64,000 bases of DNA from Takakia lepidozioides (taxonomy: Eukaryota; Plantae; Bryophyta): NCBI GenBank assembly GCA_030704615.1, contig CM060731.1, forward strand, positions 60,202,001 through 60,266,000. The letters run 5' to 3'. The notes below the pieces were generated by a model. That model made no database searches and had not been told where the DNA came from. It was given only the letters and a program-made list of their open reading frames with translations. Shown here piece after piece: positions 21,841-33,978 of this stretch (positions are counted from its first letter, which is position 1; every line of letters begins with the position of its first letter). Position numbers and translations under genes: made by a program.

Positions 21841-24800
21841 CCTATATTAGAGAAGGCTTGACGGTCGTACGAGGCCACACAAAATTCTGAGCCCCTCCTC
21901 TCTAGGCGCAACACCCGGCTCCTACAGGGCTGCTCGTGACCTTGGGGCAACTGCCGTCAAGCGAAATTGGTCCGCCCAAACCCCAAGAAAAAAAAAATAC
22001 AACCCACCTTCCAGTAGGCCTCCATGGCTTGCTAATGGGGAACCACTATCAGATGACGAGGAGGGGGTGGCATTAACTGGGAGTGCACAAGGGTTTGGAT
22101 CTGTTGATTGGCATTCAGACCTTGACATACCTGCTGATTCGTATGTTGAAGTCCAAGCATTGGGACCTTTAACAAACATGTTTGGGTCAGGTATTTTGGA
22201 CGTAAGGGATAGCGGGTACATTGATGGTCGGCTTCAGAGGGCTTTGTCAGAGGGGCACTCCCCAGCTGAATCATTTGCTGGATCTGATACGGTTGACAAT
22301 GATGTACGTACTATCTCCAGCAAGTTCTGTCGTTGATTTAGATGACGTGTCACATTTACTCTTCTCCCTCAACAAGAAGGAGATATGCGATCTTGTTTCC
22401 GAGTTTCTATGGTCTTTTTTTTGGCTTTATTGAGGGAGTTGGTGGTCCTCCTTTATGAGTATTTTTACCGGGAGTGATTCTTGGCGTTTGTGGGGATGTG
22501 CAGTGGTCCCCACCAAATGTGATTGTGCCACTGCTTAACTTGGTGGACCTCATTTTTCAACTGCGAGGCCGTGGCTGGATTAGGTGCCTTATCTTGTGGA
22601 GTTCTGCTATACCTTATCTCTGTGTCTTAGATTATGACTCCTATCTTTCAGATTTCATTTCCCTGGGTGGTAGCCCTTTGGGTACAACTGGCAGTGTAAA
22701 TATGTGTAGAGGTGCATACATAAACATCATTTGTGTCAACAAAATGCTGATGATTTCCTTTTGGGGATTGGGTTTCTTGTCAGGCAGCAAGTCTTTTGGA
22801 TCGTGAAGCAGGTTTTACAGCTTGGTATGGGCGATGCCTTTGATGACTTGCTGCTTGGCAGAATTCAATGGCTGCGAAGAGAGGATGTTGTGGCTTCAGG
22901 AATTCGGGGCATTCAAAGGGCAAGTTTCTTCATCTCCTGTCGGTGTGCCAGACTAGTGATAGATCAAACAGAGATATGGATGTATTGGTATTCACTGTTC
23001 ATTCATATGTGCAAACACAGATGCATGGGCCTTGGTGGAGAGAAGGATAAGAAGAAGTAATCTTTTGTGGGCCCCATGAGAGTGAGAGGGGGCTTTGAGG
23101 GTCCACAGAAGGGAACGATGAAGAAATTTTTTTTCACATCCACAGGGGGAGAGAGAGAGCAGAAGACTCTCCCTTGACCCCGGAAAGAAAAAGAGCAAGA
23201 GAAGAGAGACAGTGGATGACGAGAAGTTCTCTAGTAGCAGAAGCATTTCATCTTGCAGTAGGTGAGGAGCTCCAGTGGATCTTGTCTAGGCTACAGATTT
23301 GGCAGGGCAGATGTACCCCCTGCAGGTCTTATCTCAAAAACCCTTGTTGAACATAGGAACACTGTAAAATGTAGGACTGAAGATGGGTTAGTGATTGCAG
23401 GTGCTCTGGCCGGATGGGATTTTTATCACAAAGCATCCCAGTCGGGCTGGACTACCTCAAAGGAACATGGGGGGTCCTCAAGGGATAAACGGCCAGCGCA
23501 GGGAGCGATCCCCTCCAGTGACTTCGTTTGAGCAACGTCTTGAGGCTGTACGCAGAGCCATGGTTTGTTCGGGAAATTAGTCTTGGTGAGTTGACTGTAA
23601 CCTATGTGCAAGTTTGGGGGTCATCTATGTCATGGTCCTAATGAATATTTTGATTGTCTGAGAGCGAGTGCTCGCTTGGTACTCCAGAGGATCTGGGCAT
23701 GCTCTCACATCTCCCTGAGTGAATAAAGCAAGTCCAGTGATAGTTAAGGTGCACCTCCATCGACTTCAGGAAGTCTAGGCATGAAAAGTGGTATTATCAG
23801 ATATTAGGTTGTCTGAATTTTGTGGTGGGTTTGCAGACCGACCTCCTGCCTCTCTTGTGAGCCTAGTTGCCAGGAAGCAATATCAGAGATGCGCCAAGGA
23901 TATCTATTTCTTTCTTCAGGTAGTTCAGCCTCAAGTGGAATGCTCTTAGTGGGTTCTACTTAGTCTCCAAGTCTGAAAAGGAGTGGCAAGATCAAGCATA
24001 TCCAATGTATTGCTCATGTCAGACACTTGTATTGGTGTGCACTGGTAGGATTGGGAATATTGTTTCACAAGCAGTGACGGTAGAGAATTGTTTCTCAGAG
24101 GATATTCTCATGAATTTTCCCCATGGGAGGGCCAGGAAATTCTTCTCATGGACTGTCTTGCCTTTGTCTTATAGCTGTAATTATAGATAAGTGTGATGCA
24201 CACAACAGAGGAGAAAGGAATTTATTTGTCCAAGAGAACGGGAAAACCATCTAGATGGGACTAAAGAATTGGAGAGGAAAGAGGCCATGGCTGGATTTGC
24301 TCTCTGAACGGTGTTGGGTGAATGTGGGGCTTGGTGGATGCAGTCAACAGTTTGTACAAAGCTGCTGGCCTACAGCCTTCTGGAGATGCTCCTTGCAGCC
24401 TTTCCTGAGCTGCATGACTTGATTCTTGATGTTCGTAGCAGTGTAACTTATTACTGCTACATTGGATTGACTGAAGAGGGGTGTATAGTTTATTTTTTCC
24501 TGGTCCATCAGGTCAAGAGCCAGGACTTTGATCCCATGTACGATTCTTCTTCTCTTCAAAGTGGCTATATATTTTTCCGCAATGAATAGCAGTGCGGTTG
24601 TCACATCCTGGTCACATTCAGCAGAGGTCAGAAGTAATCCACTGTAAATCAAATGCCATTTCGACTTCGTAAATACATAGTGGACTAGGTTTCAATGATC
24701 CTAGAAGGCTCAGTGGTCCTTGAGCCTTGTTATGTTTCTCCGAATCTACAGAATGCTACAAGTCAGAACTGCGTGAGGGATGTGTTTGGAAAGAGTTCTT

Positions 24801-26729
24801 TGTGGGGAGTAGCTTCAAACAATGGGACCTTGCAGGGACTCTGAAATGTTTATGATCTAGAGGTGTGCCAGCGCGGTGCCATAACTTGCAGAAAGAGGGA
24901 TTGTCCACCATGAAGGTACTGCACTCTTGCCACTATGTTGCCAATGTTTTTTTCCTTCTCAAGCGTGTGGCAGTTTTCATTTGTTTGGATGAGCTTAGTG
25001 ATTCAGTGGTCTGGGTGTGTGCTGCTAAGCATTGAAGTATTGCAGCCATTTAAAATAGTGAAGCAGTTGCAAAGGCACCTTGGACATGTGTCCTCGGGCA
25101 TTGATGAGAAGTTAAACTCTGTGTTAGACTCTGTAGTAGAGTTTGCATTGTAAAATGAGATCCAGAGCAAGTCTTGCCTTTGCCACCACTTGGCTGATTC
25201 TGGGTTGGTGTATGCAGGCAGGCTTGCTTTTCACACAGACAAGAAGGGTTTCTTCACAGCAGTAACTTGAGCATTTGGCACCTGGGATCGCTTGAAACTT
25301 GTAGGAAAAAAATGAATTCCTCCTGCTGAGAAACAGTGGTAGCATTTGTCAGATGTCCCTATGTTCCAAAAACAGATTTGATGCTTGTTTGGTGTGGCCT
25401 TTATCTCCACACTCTTCAAGTCTTTCTTCAAGTCTCTCTTCGCAGGAGTGCAGCTTATCTCTTGTTGCCATCTTATATAAAGACCATGTCTTTGTCGAGT
25501 CAAACTTATCTTGCATCTTCCGAGTACTGAATAGGTGGATCTCAGCCGTTGTTTCCATTGATACAAACTCTCTTGTTCTCTACTAGTTTCTTTGCAGGCT
25601 ATATCGGTAGTCTCTCCCCGAACTAAATGTAACTTCTGAATGTGAGAAGCATATCAAAGATTTCATCTCCAACAAATTATCCAGCGTTCCAGGTTGGAAC
25701 TTCAGCCTACATCAGTCCTAAAAGTTCAGTGACAGTGCCTCTCATGAGATACCAAACATTAGGAGTAACTAAGTAGCACAGTTCAGTTTGTGAATCAAAC
25801 AACCAACCCCCTTCTGCGAGAGAGATCAAGCAGTCTGGCCCTGCTGCTGTCACCCTATACTATAACCATTTTAGTTCGAAGTATAACTCCGCTGGCTCTT
25901 AATTAGGACGACATTGAAGAGAGGCAATTCAATCCACGTTTGGATTGCAGCTCCACAGACGCCTCCTCCGCCATCATTCCCAGAGCCTTGCGCACACGTG
26001 AGATGGAGACACGGCGTGCGTCATCCATGTGTGCATTGAAGCGCGGGCATCATGATTTGAGGTGCGCCCCAGCCCTCCCTTCCCTCCCCCTTCGCGTCAT
26101 CAAACACTTAAACAATGCCAAGGAATTTCTCGCACTCTTGTAAGTATCTCGACCATCTGCCAAGCAACTTACTTACTCATGTGCGTTGCCAAAGCAGCGC
26201 AGAGCGGCGTGCGATGGATGCGGCATCATTCCTGCCTGTAGTTCGTACCGCAACGCATCACTCGCGCTCTGACCGCACTTGGAGTTTCCTGACCCGAGTA
26301 TGGCCCTCATGTGTCCCCTTAATGGCCGCCTATCATCATCCTCCACGCCATCTAATACTCAGTATTCTTACAGAAATACCATGTATGCCGTAGTGTCAGG
26401 CTGGGTACGAGACTCGGGTACGCTCTGGGAACGGTTCCCGATCATGTTCTGACATCGTATCCGGATGGCCAACCGTATGCCAGATACGTACATGTATACG
26501 CGCCGACTCGTATCTGTATTGACGGCAGTATTCATGGCACGTAGGCTGCCACTACCTCGCATACGCACTGCCACGTCGGCCCATCATCGCCGTCGTTGAT
26601 TCCATTCCATGCCCGGCCCACCAATATTTGAATAATCGTGCCTCCCACGTGATGCTGGGTTCAAATCCTGCTACTCACCGATGTGTGGTTAGTAGAACTT
26701 CCATCTGATGTGGGCGCCTTGTGTCTTCT

Positions 26730-27371
26730 CGGAAAGAGGTTAGTTTGTCCAAATTCAAAATCCCCTCCTTGGTTTCCGAGTCCATGTTGTCAAAGGGGCT
26801 GAAATCCAACTTGAGAGAGGAAAGAGTCGAAACTGGTCGAGAAAGTACCGTTTCCGCTTTAAAATCCCCTCTTTGGTTTTGGAATCCATGTTGTCAAAGG
26901 GGCTAAAATCCAACTTGAGAGAGGAAAGAGTCGAAACTGGTCGAGAAAGTACCGTTTCCGCTTTAAAATCCCCTCTTTGGTTTTGGAATCCATGTTGTCA
27001 AAGGGGCTAAAATCCAACTTGAGAGAGAGAGAGACGAAACTCCGGTTGAGAAAAGGTTACCGTTTCCCCCTTTAAAATCCCCACTTTGCTTTCGCAATCC
27101 ATGTTGTCGAAGGGTGTTACGAAGCGTTGCCTTCCTCTATCAGCCTCCATGGCACTTACTTTGAGGTTATTTTTTCCTCTTCCGTCCCTCTTCTCTAAAA
27201 TTAAAAAAATAAATAAATAAAAAAGGGCCTAAAATCCAACTTGAGAGAGAGACCAAACTCCGGCCGAAAGAGGTTAGTGTTTCCCCTTTTAAAATCCCCT
27301 CTTTGGTTTCGGAATATCCATGTTGTCGAAGGGGCTAAAATCTAACTTGAGAGAGAGACAAAACTCTAGCC
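26730..27371. repeat. About 104-bp tandem repeat array (left part)
   Basis: The unit AAAATCCCCTCTTTGGTTT...CCATGTTGTCAAAGGGGCTAAAATCCAACTTGAGAGAG recurs (e.g. 26861 and 26965, period 104). The array resumes at 36214-36320 beyond the LTR element. Confidence 0.9.
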
Positions 27372-27835
27372 TCCGAAGCCTTAAAACAAGCCTGAAGCAT
27401 GTACTCCTTTCCTCTCAAGAAGCGAGGTTGCACAAGGGGCGAGCGGAAAGAGCAAGCAACGCGCAAGAGGAGGATCAAACACACGAATCAGGCACTAAGC
27501 AGCTCTCATCGAAAGCTTGTACACCAAAATCACATATACACTAACACCCGAGTACACCGCCCTGACCTTGTGCCAGGGCGTCGTCTTTATACAAAAAGCC
27601 CTAGCCGTAGTGCCCCGCCGCGTGGCGAGGCATCACAGGCCAAAGCCCACAGCGCTGCCTTGTGGCCCTAGATCAGATGAAGGGCCAGGATCGAGCCACC
27701 TGCAAAAACCAACCCTAACCTAGATATCATTGTAACGGTTTAACGGCTTCATACGCCAAAAATATACTATGGATGTGTATCGCCGTTTTGGATGAAACGG
27801 GCTATTTTCAGGCTAAGCAAATATGGGGCTTTACA
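27372..27835 (-). repeat. 3' LTR of gypsy copy 1
   Basis: Homologous to 35961-36213 and 62625-63095; ends ...GGGCTTTACA on the plus strand. Confidence 0.9.
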
Positions 27836-28157
27836 TTTGTGAAGCCTACCCCTCACGAAAAATCCTGTGCTCCGCGAAGGAAGACACATAATTAGGAAAA
27901 TATCACCCTCCACTGTTGGGTGAAAAACCTACCAAGGGAAAACCTGGCCACCTGCAAGTTGGGCCGATGACAAAACCCTTGGCTAGGAAAACCGTGCATG
28001 AAGTACAGTTGGTGAGATGTCATAGAAATTTTCTAAGTCCTAGAGAGGTCAAGTCCGAGGACCCCAAGAGTCATCATCCGCAAACTAAAACTAAGACTAA
28101 GCCACTGAGAAGAGAAGTGGATTAAGCTGAAGTAGATCAGTTAAGAAGATCAAGACA

Positions 28158-29422
28158 TTACCCCACCGTGCGCCCCTCCACATTGATACATGTAAGATAA
28201 AAAACTAGCTCGGAATGCACCAAGTCTGTCAAGGAAACAGGTTCATCCCGCACTTCAGTATTAGAGCCTTGGGGAAGAAGAAGAGCATGTCGCCCACGTA
28301 AAATTTGATAGATCAAGTATGGATCGTCGATCTTGAGCTTAGATTTGCATGCATGTTTACCATGTTGTAATTGAACGCACACGGTCTGTCCCACCTGAAA
28401 TAGGTTAGAATACTTGACGCGCTTGTTAAAATTACAGGCCTGGGTTAGTTGAGCCTTACCAATGTTCGTCTTGGCATCATGGATAGACACCGCATATCGA
28501 GCATGAAGATCCTCAACAAAGGTCTCAAGATCAACCGGATCAGCAACAGTAGAGATAAGAGGGGGTAGAATGCAAAGGAGAAATACACTTGCGACCATAC
28601 AATAACTCAAAAGGAGTTTTCTTGGTGCTAGCATGCACGGCGGTGCGATAAGCAAAGAGAATAGGGGGAAGAAAGGTATCCCACTCCCTGGTAAGTGCAC
28701 CATTCTTCTCCAACATTCGGCAAAGAGTTTGGTTGAAGCGTTCCGTAAGGCCATTGGTCTGGGGATGGTATGGGGTGGTGGTGGAATGCTTGATACCAAA
28801 GTTGAAGCAAATCACCGTGAGGAGCTGGTTATAAAACTCCTTCACCTGATCCGTGAGTATCTCCGGAGGACACCCATGCCGCATAAGGATCTCATTGAAG
28901 AAGAACTGAGCTACAGCATCACTAGCCTTGGAACGCAAAGGCCGGACTTCTACCCACTTGGTCAAGTAGTCGGTAGCAACACAAATGTAGCTTAGACCCT
29001 TTGATGTGAGTGCGAGGGGTCCTACCAAGTCAATGCCAACATGAGCAAAAGCATGGGTGACAGGCAAAGGCTGCAGCTCATGCAGATCCGGGCCCTAGGG
29101 AGAGCAATGTTTGCACGACAACCTTCATACTGAGAGATGAACTCGGTGACGTCTCGGTGAATTCCCAGCCAATAGTATACTTCTTGGATGCGGGCCACAG
29201 TTTTCTTGATACCAATAGGTGACCTGTATACAAGAAACAACGGAAACGCTCCAATAAAGCATTCAACTGGCTCCATGGTGGCACATCCAAGTAGCATGAC
29301 ACTCCCCCTCTAGTGAGCTCCTTGAAAAGCTTATCACCCATAAAACGGTGAATAGACACATAATAGAGAATTTGTTTACGCAAGGACTCGGAAAGGCCAG
29401 CTGGCGAACGTCCTGATTGCAT
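28158..29422 (-). pseudogene. Integrase (H2C2 + RVE), frameshifted
   Basis: GIKKTVARIQEVYYWLGIHRDV; FAHVGIDLVGPL...DYLTKWVEV...EILTDQ...TTPYHPQTNGLTERFNQTL. Confidence 0.9.
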
Positions 29423-29629
29423 CGCTAGAGTAGCGCAACATATAGCTGATCATCCACGACTGCACTGCACATAAGAGGTAGACAATGGGTTTTAGAGAAG
29501 GTGGTCTGGAGTGCCTACACCTATGATCTCCAGCCATGGATACCTTCACCTCATTTGCTACTACTCATGGACAGCCAAATCAGGCCTTGAGGTTCAAGCC
29601 AATAGTCACACCAGAATGCAGCAGCTAAA

Positions 29630-31976
29630 TCACAACAAACTCGGGGGCCTAGGAAAGAGAAGGACTGAAACACAACAATGAACTTCCACCAAACCATCCA
29701 AATTCTCGCGAAGCAATAGATCCACCACACATACTAACATACGAATAAATGAACCAGGTTCATCTAATAGGCTAGACCAGCCCCAAGCATTCAATATGCC
29801 ATGTGAATCTTTGGCCAAGGGTTGCTGATCTGCACAAAGAAGGTTCTGAAGATGGGCAGTATCAGGAGGAGGGGCAGCATGAGCAGCAACAATGTCATCC
29901 AAGGTGAGCATAGGCCTGCTGACAAGAGGATCAACCCGTGTAAGTGCATCAGCATTCGTGTTTTCCTTGCCCTTCTTGTAGACTGTATCCATGTTAAATT
30001 CCTGCATGTACATAGCCAATGTAGCAAGTCTGCCATGAAGTTCCCTTGGCTTAACAAGAGCCTTTAGTGGAAGATGATCAGTCTTTACCACAAACCGGCT
30101 GCCATGTAAATATTGCTTGAAATGCTTCACACCAAAGACCAGGGCTAGACCCTCCTTATCAGATATGGAATAATTCCTTTCATGTCGATCTAGACGTCGA
30201 GATGCATAAACTATTACATGCTCCTTGCCTTCTACAACTTGACATAAGATTGTAGAGATGGCAACATCTGATGCATCAGTTTGAAGCAAGAAAGTTAACT
30301 CAAAGTTGGGAAACATTAGTATGGGAGCTGAACATAAAGCCTTGCGAAGGGTGTTAAAAGCAGCCTGCTGGGAGAAGGTCCATTCAAACCTGACATCTTT
30401 GCACAACACCTTGGTTAGAAGGTGAGCAAGCTTGGCAAAGTTCTTTGTGAAGCGCCTATAATAAGAAGCCAGACCAATGAATGATTTGATACAATGTTTA
30501 TCCCTGGGGATAGGAAAGCCCCGAACAGACTCAAGCTTGGCAGGATCAGGAAGCAAACCATCTTTGGACAGAACATGACCAAGGAAGTGCAGCTCAAGCA
30601 TGAACATCTCACACTTCTTAGGCTTTACTTTGAGATCTGCAGTGTGCAATTTGCTGAAAACACGTTGCAGATTAGCTAAGTGAGCATTAAAACTGGCTGA
30701 GTAAACATTGATATCATCGAACAGACTCAAGCTTGGCAGGATCAGGAAGCAAACCATCTTTGGACAGAACATGACCAAGGAAGTGCAGCTCAGGCATGAA
30801 CATCTCACACTTCTTAGGCTTTACTTTGAGATCTGCAGTGTGCAATTTGCTGAAAACACGTTGCAGATTAGCTAAGTAAGCATTAAAACTGGCTGAGTAA
30901 ACATTGATATCATCGACATAAATTAAAGCACACTCCCAGTGAAGATTGCCCAAGACAATGTCCATGAGGCGTTGGAAAGTAGAGGTGACATTGCACAAAC
31001 CAAAAGGCATGGTCTCATATTGGTATTTGCCCATGCGACACACAAAAGAGGTATTTTCCTTGGCAGTTTCAGTAAGAGGAACTTGCCAAAAGCCAGACAC
31101 AAGATCAAGAGAAGAAAAAATTGTGGCACCATGCAATTGATCCAAGGTTTCATTAATCATGGGTAGTGGGTATGCATCTTTTTTGGTGATGTCATTCAGC
31201 TTTCTGAAGTCAACACAGAATCGGGTGGTGCCATCTTTCTTACCAACTAAGACAATTGGACTGGCCCAAGGAGAAATTGAAGGCTTAATCACGCCAGCAT
31301 CAAGCATTTTCTGGACTTCTTCTTGGATTACAACACGTTCTTTGACACTCTCACGGTAAGCAAATTGTTTAATATGAGCCCCTTCAATGACAATGTCATG
31401 TTGGAGAGTAGGAGTATGCCCTAAATCAGTGGATCCTAAACTGAAAACATCTAGATTTTTTGCAATAAGCATTTCCACTTTCCTCATTTGTCCTGAGGAG
31501 AGAGTTGTGCCCAACTTGATTTCAGATAAGACTTTAGTGAGGGCCGTCTTACCTTCTAGGCTGAGATCAGGGACAGGTGGTGGTGCAAATTCAGCAAAAG
31601 CAGCAACCTCATCTAAGGGGCCATGTTGGATGCTAATGGCCTCAAGTCCAAAGCCAGCTTGCACCTCTTCTATTTCAGCAATAGGTAGAGCAGTGATGCA
31701 AGCCAGAACCTGCCCCATTTTAATAGTCACAGGGAAGCGCTCATGATTAGCAATCAGGATCCTAACTTCTTCTCTATATCCTCTATCTAGAACACCAGTG
31801 GCCACCAGGCAATGCTTAAGGGCAGTCAATCTCCTCCATATTTTAACTTCTAGGAAATGAGCAGCTGGACACAAGAAGGCCAGACCAGACTTGACCACCT
31901 TCCGGGTCAAGGCAGGGATGGTGATGTTGAGAGGTGCACGAATTAAAGTAGAATTCTTTGGAATAACTATGGGCAT
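29630..31976 (-). pseudogene. pol: dUTPase-like domain + reverse transcriptase + RNase H, broken by a 196-bp duplication
   Basis: GVLDRGYREEVRILIAN (dUTPase-like); RT motifs SPWASPIVLV, FCVDFRKLN, MPFGL, YVDD; RNase H motifs QTDASD, YASRRL...E, KTDHLPL. Confidence 0.9.
30522..30916. repeat. 196-bp tandem duplication inside RT
   Basis: CGAACAGACTCAAGC starts at 30522 and 30718. I see two substitutions between copies and a CGA microhomology at the junction. Confidence 0.95.
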
Positions 31977-32189
31977 CCATGTCCTATCCCTAGCACCATG
32001 AACATGTCACTGATATAAGAGTTGAAGATCAGGCTGAAACTTGTAGAAATCATTCCAATTGAGGTTGGAGTGAGAGTTCTGCTGTACCTCGTTTACCAGA
32101 GCCTGGAGTCTGGACAAATTGGCTGTAGTAGACCCAGCCTTGATCTTCACTGCTTCAAGGGAACCACTACTTCATGCCCTTCTCCATTG

Positions 32190-32420
32190 TTAAAGCGAAG
32201 GGAGTAGTCTGCTAAGCTGAGATCCATTTGCAATAAGCACCTCAATACCTCTGGTAGGGCATAGTTTAAGACCAAGAACTCTCACAACACTTAAAGATAT
32301 AGCAGATATAGTGCATCCAGTATCTACCACACAAGGAAAGCTGAGCTCGTGGATATGGCACTGGGCCATGAAGGGACTGATCTGCTGGCTAGCAGTCTGT
32401 CGATTGAGAGGACGGTGCAA
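32190..32420 (-). pseudogene. Retrotransposon aspartic protease fragment
   Basis: CVVDTGCTISAIS active-site motif followed by IANGS. Confidence 0.8.
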
Positions 32421-32514
32421 AGCTTTAAAGTTGGTAGATAAAACAGCTTGAATCGGAATAAAGAAGTAGGGTTGGTAGATGATGGACCTCTTGCCCCCTT
32501 CCCAAGAGATGTCT

Positions 32515-33978
32515 CTAATTTAAAGGAGGGGAAGAGCCATTAGCTGTCTTCTTGTTCTTGATCAGCTCTGGTAGCCCTGCTCTGTCTGGACAATGCTTCG
32601 TCCAGTGTTCAAAAGACCCACAAATGTAACAGGCAGCACGATTACCCTCGTAGGCTTGTCCAGTCTGGGTTCGACCTCTATTATTACCACCTGTTGTTCC
32701 TTGGCCATGTCGAGGCTGCCACCTCTGTTGATGAGCCTGCATGGCAGCAAACTGAGTGGCCACAGACTCACTAAGACTTCCCACAGTATTAGCCAATCCC
32801 TGAAGAGTAAAATCATCAGCTTTGTATGTCATAGCAGGAGGAACATAGGGTGAGGATGTTGCAGACATGCCAAGCTTTGAGCCCACTGGAGCTTGAAACT
32901 TGGCATGATGTTGCATTAATTTGCTGTCAGCCAAGTCTGCCATTTTAAGATTAATTTCTGCCAACATAGTTTTGTCATTGACAAAATGACGTCGCTGAGC
33001 CCAATTCTGAATAGTGGAAGACAACCCAAGGAGAAAATACCTTTTAACCATACTATTCCTCTCGGCCGGGTCTATGATATTTTCAACAGCAGCAAATTTA
33101 AGATCCATGTAATACTCACACAAGAATTCCCCAGGTTGGTAAGTCCTGGCTGAAAGCTTGGTAAAGCAATCCAGAGGCCTCTCGAGAGGTTTGAACAAGG
33201 TCTTTGCCCATTCCACCAGAGTTGCCCAGTTAAGGCTGGGATCATCCATGACGGCTGCATGTAGTAAGTCACAAGCTGGTCCCTTCATGCTCATCCTAAA
33301 GATCGTCATCTTGAAATTCTCAGGCACTCCATTGACACTAGCAATGACCGCAAACATCTGAAAATATCTATCAAAGTCTTCTCCCATGGTATATTCTGGG
33401 TAAGGCTGAGTGGTCAGCTGGGGGATCAAATGACAAGACAAGCTATGGTTGATGTGACCAGGGAGGACAGACCCATGAGCAGGGCAACAGAGAACTATGG
33501 GAGCAGTACTACCATGCACATATCCAACATTAGATGCAGAATTATAACTCATACTATTATTGCTGGCCGATCCTGTAGCAGTTGAAGCTGACAGACGTGA
33601 CACCACCATGCCCATGGGGAGAGCAGATGTTGTCACACTTGGTTGAGCAGCAGGGTTATTCGACTGCAAGTGGGTTTGTGGCATTTCACTCATGGGAAGA
33701 GTGGATGCCACTCCCACCGGTTGTGTTGACATAGATCTTATACTGCTAGGAGGGATATTGCTAGCATGCATACCCATGGACTGGCTAGAGACAAGGTGTG
33801 GTGGCACCCCAGCCTGTGGAGCAAGGAGAGCCCCCACTGATTGGCCTGCGATGGCAGGAGTCGGAGCAGTAGACACACTAGAGGGCCCTTGCATCATGAC
33901 ACCCCCACCTTGAACAACACCATGCACGTTCAACACAGGAAGGCTGCCCACATGCATACCCGAATTTACAGGCAACAA
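32515..33978 (-). CDS. Gag polyprotein with CCHC zinc knuckle
   Basis: Capsid-like region (YPEYTMGEDFDRYFQMF...LSARTYQPGE...YFLLGL) and CYICGSFEHWTKHC; long low-complexity Ser/Pro-rich N-terminus. Confidence 0.85.
   Translation of the reverse strand: MLPVNSGMHVGSLPVLNVHGVVQGGGVMMQGPSSVSTAPTPAIAGQSVGALLAPQAGVPPHLVSSQSMGMHASNIPPSSIRSMSTQPVGVASTLPMSEMPQTHLQSNNPAAQPSVTTSALPMGMVVSRLSASTATGSASNNSMSYNSASNVGYVHGSTAPIVLCCPAHGSVLPGHINHSLSCHLIPQLTTQPYPEYTMGEDFDRYFQMFAVIASVNGVPENFKMTIFRMSMKGPACDLLHAAVMDDPSLNWATLVEWAKTLFKPLERPLDCFTKLSARTYQPGEFLCEYYMDLKFAAVENIIDPAERNSMVKRYFLLGLSSTIQNWAQRRHFVNDKTMLAEINLKMADLADSKLMQHHAKFQAPVGSKLGMSATSSPYVPPAMTYKADDFTLQGLANTVGSLSESVATQFAAMQAHQQRWQPRHGQGTTGGNNRGRTQTGQAYEGNRAACYICGSFEHWTKHCPDRAGLPELIKNKKTANGSSPPLN

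Larger units (their letters stand above)
12517..24450 (+). pseudogene. Sorting-nexin-like PXA/(PX)/Nexin_C protein pseudogene
   Basis: Spliced exons encode TSSSVWINIPVAIL; PXA (IDSPVVEEAVDEL...WVTNLWYASITPDQDVPEEL; DIVDLVGSHLELYRR...LHPALISPDAEHK; ARELLACAVLRPVLNFACPR|FINE); GDWAQMLEAVTQRRTEALALEHLDNLWAKGRNY; WHSD; and Nexin_C (WSPPNVIVPLLNLVDLIFQLRGRGWIR|RQVFWIVKQVLQLGMGDAFDD; VLWPDGIF; RCAKDIYFFLQ|STVCTKLLAYSLLE). Frameshifts (about 14103, 14635), stops, and a LINE inside an exon. The start codon is uncertain. Confidence 0.85.

Noticed and set aside
26391-26554. Possible MITE with imperfect TIRs (TAGTGTCAGGCT / AGGCTGCCACTA)
   Set aside because: Two mismatches in 12 bp, no TSD and a single copy in the window.
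26655-26672. Pol III B-box GGTTCAAATCC
   Set aside because: No upstream A-box or cloverleaf; insufficient for a tRNA or SINE call.
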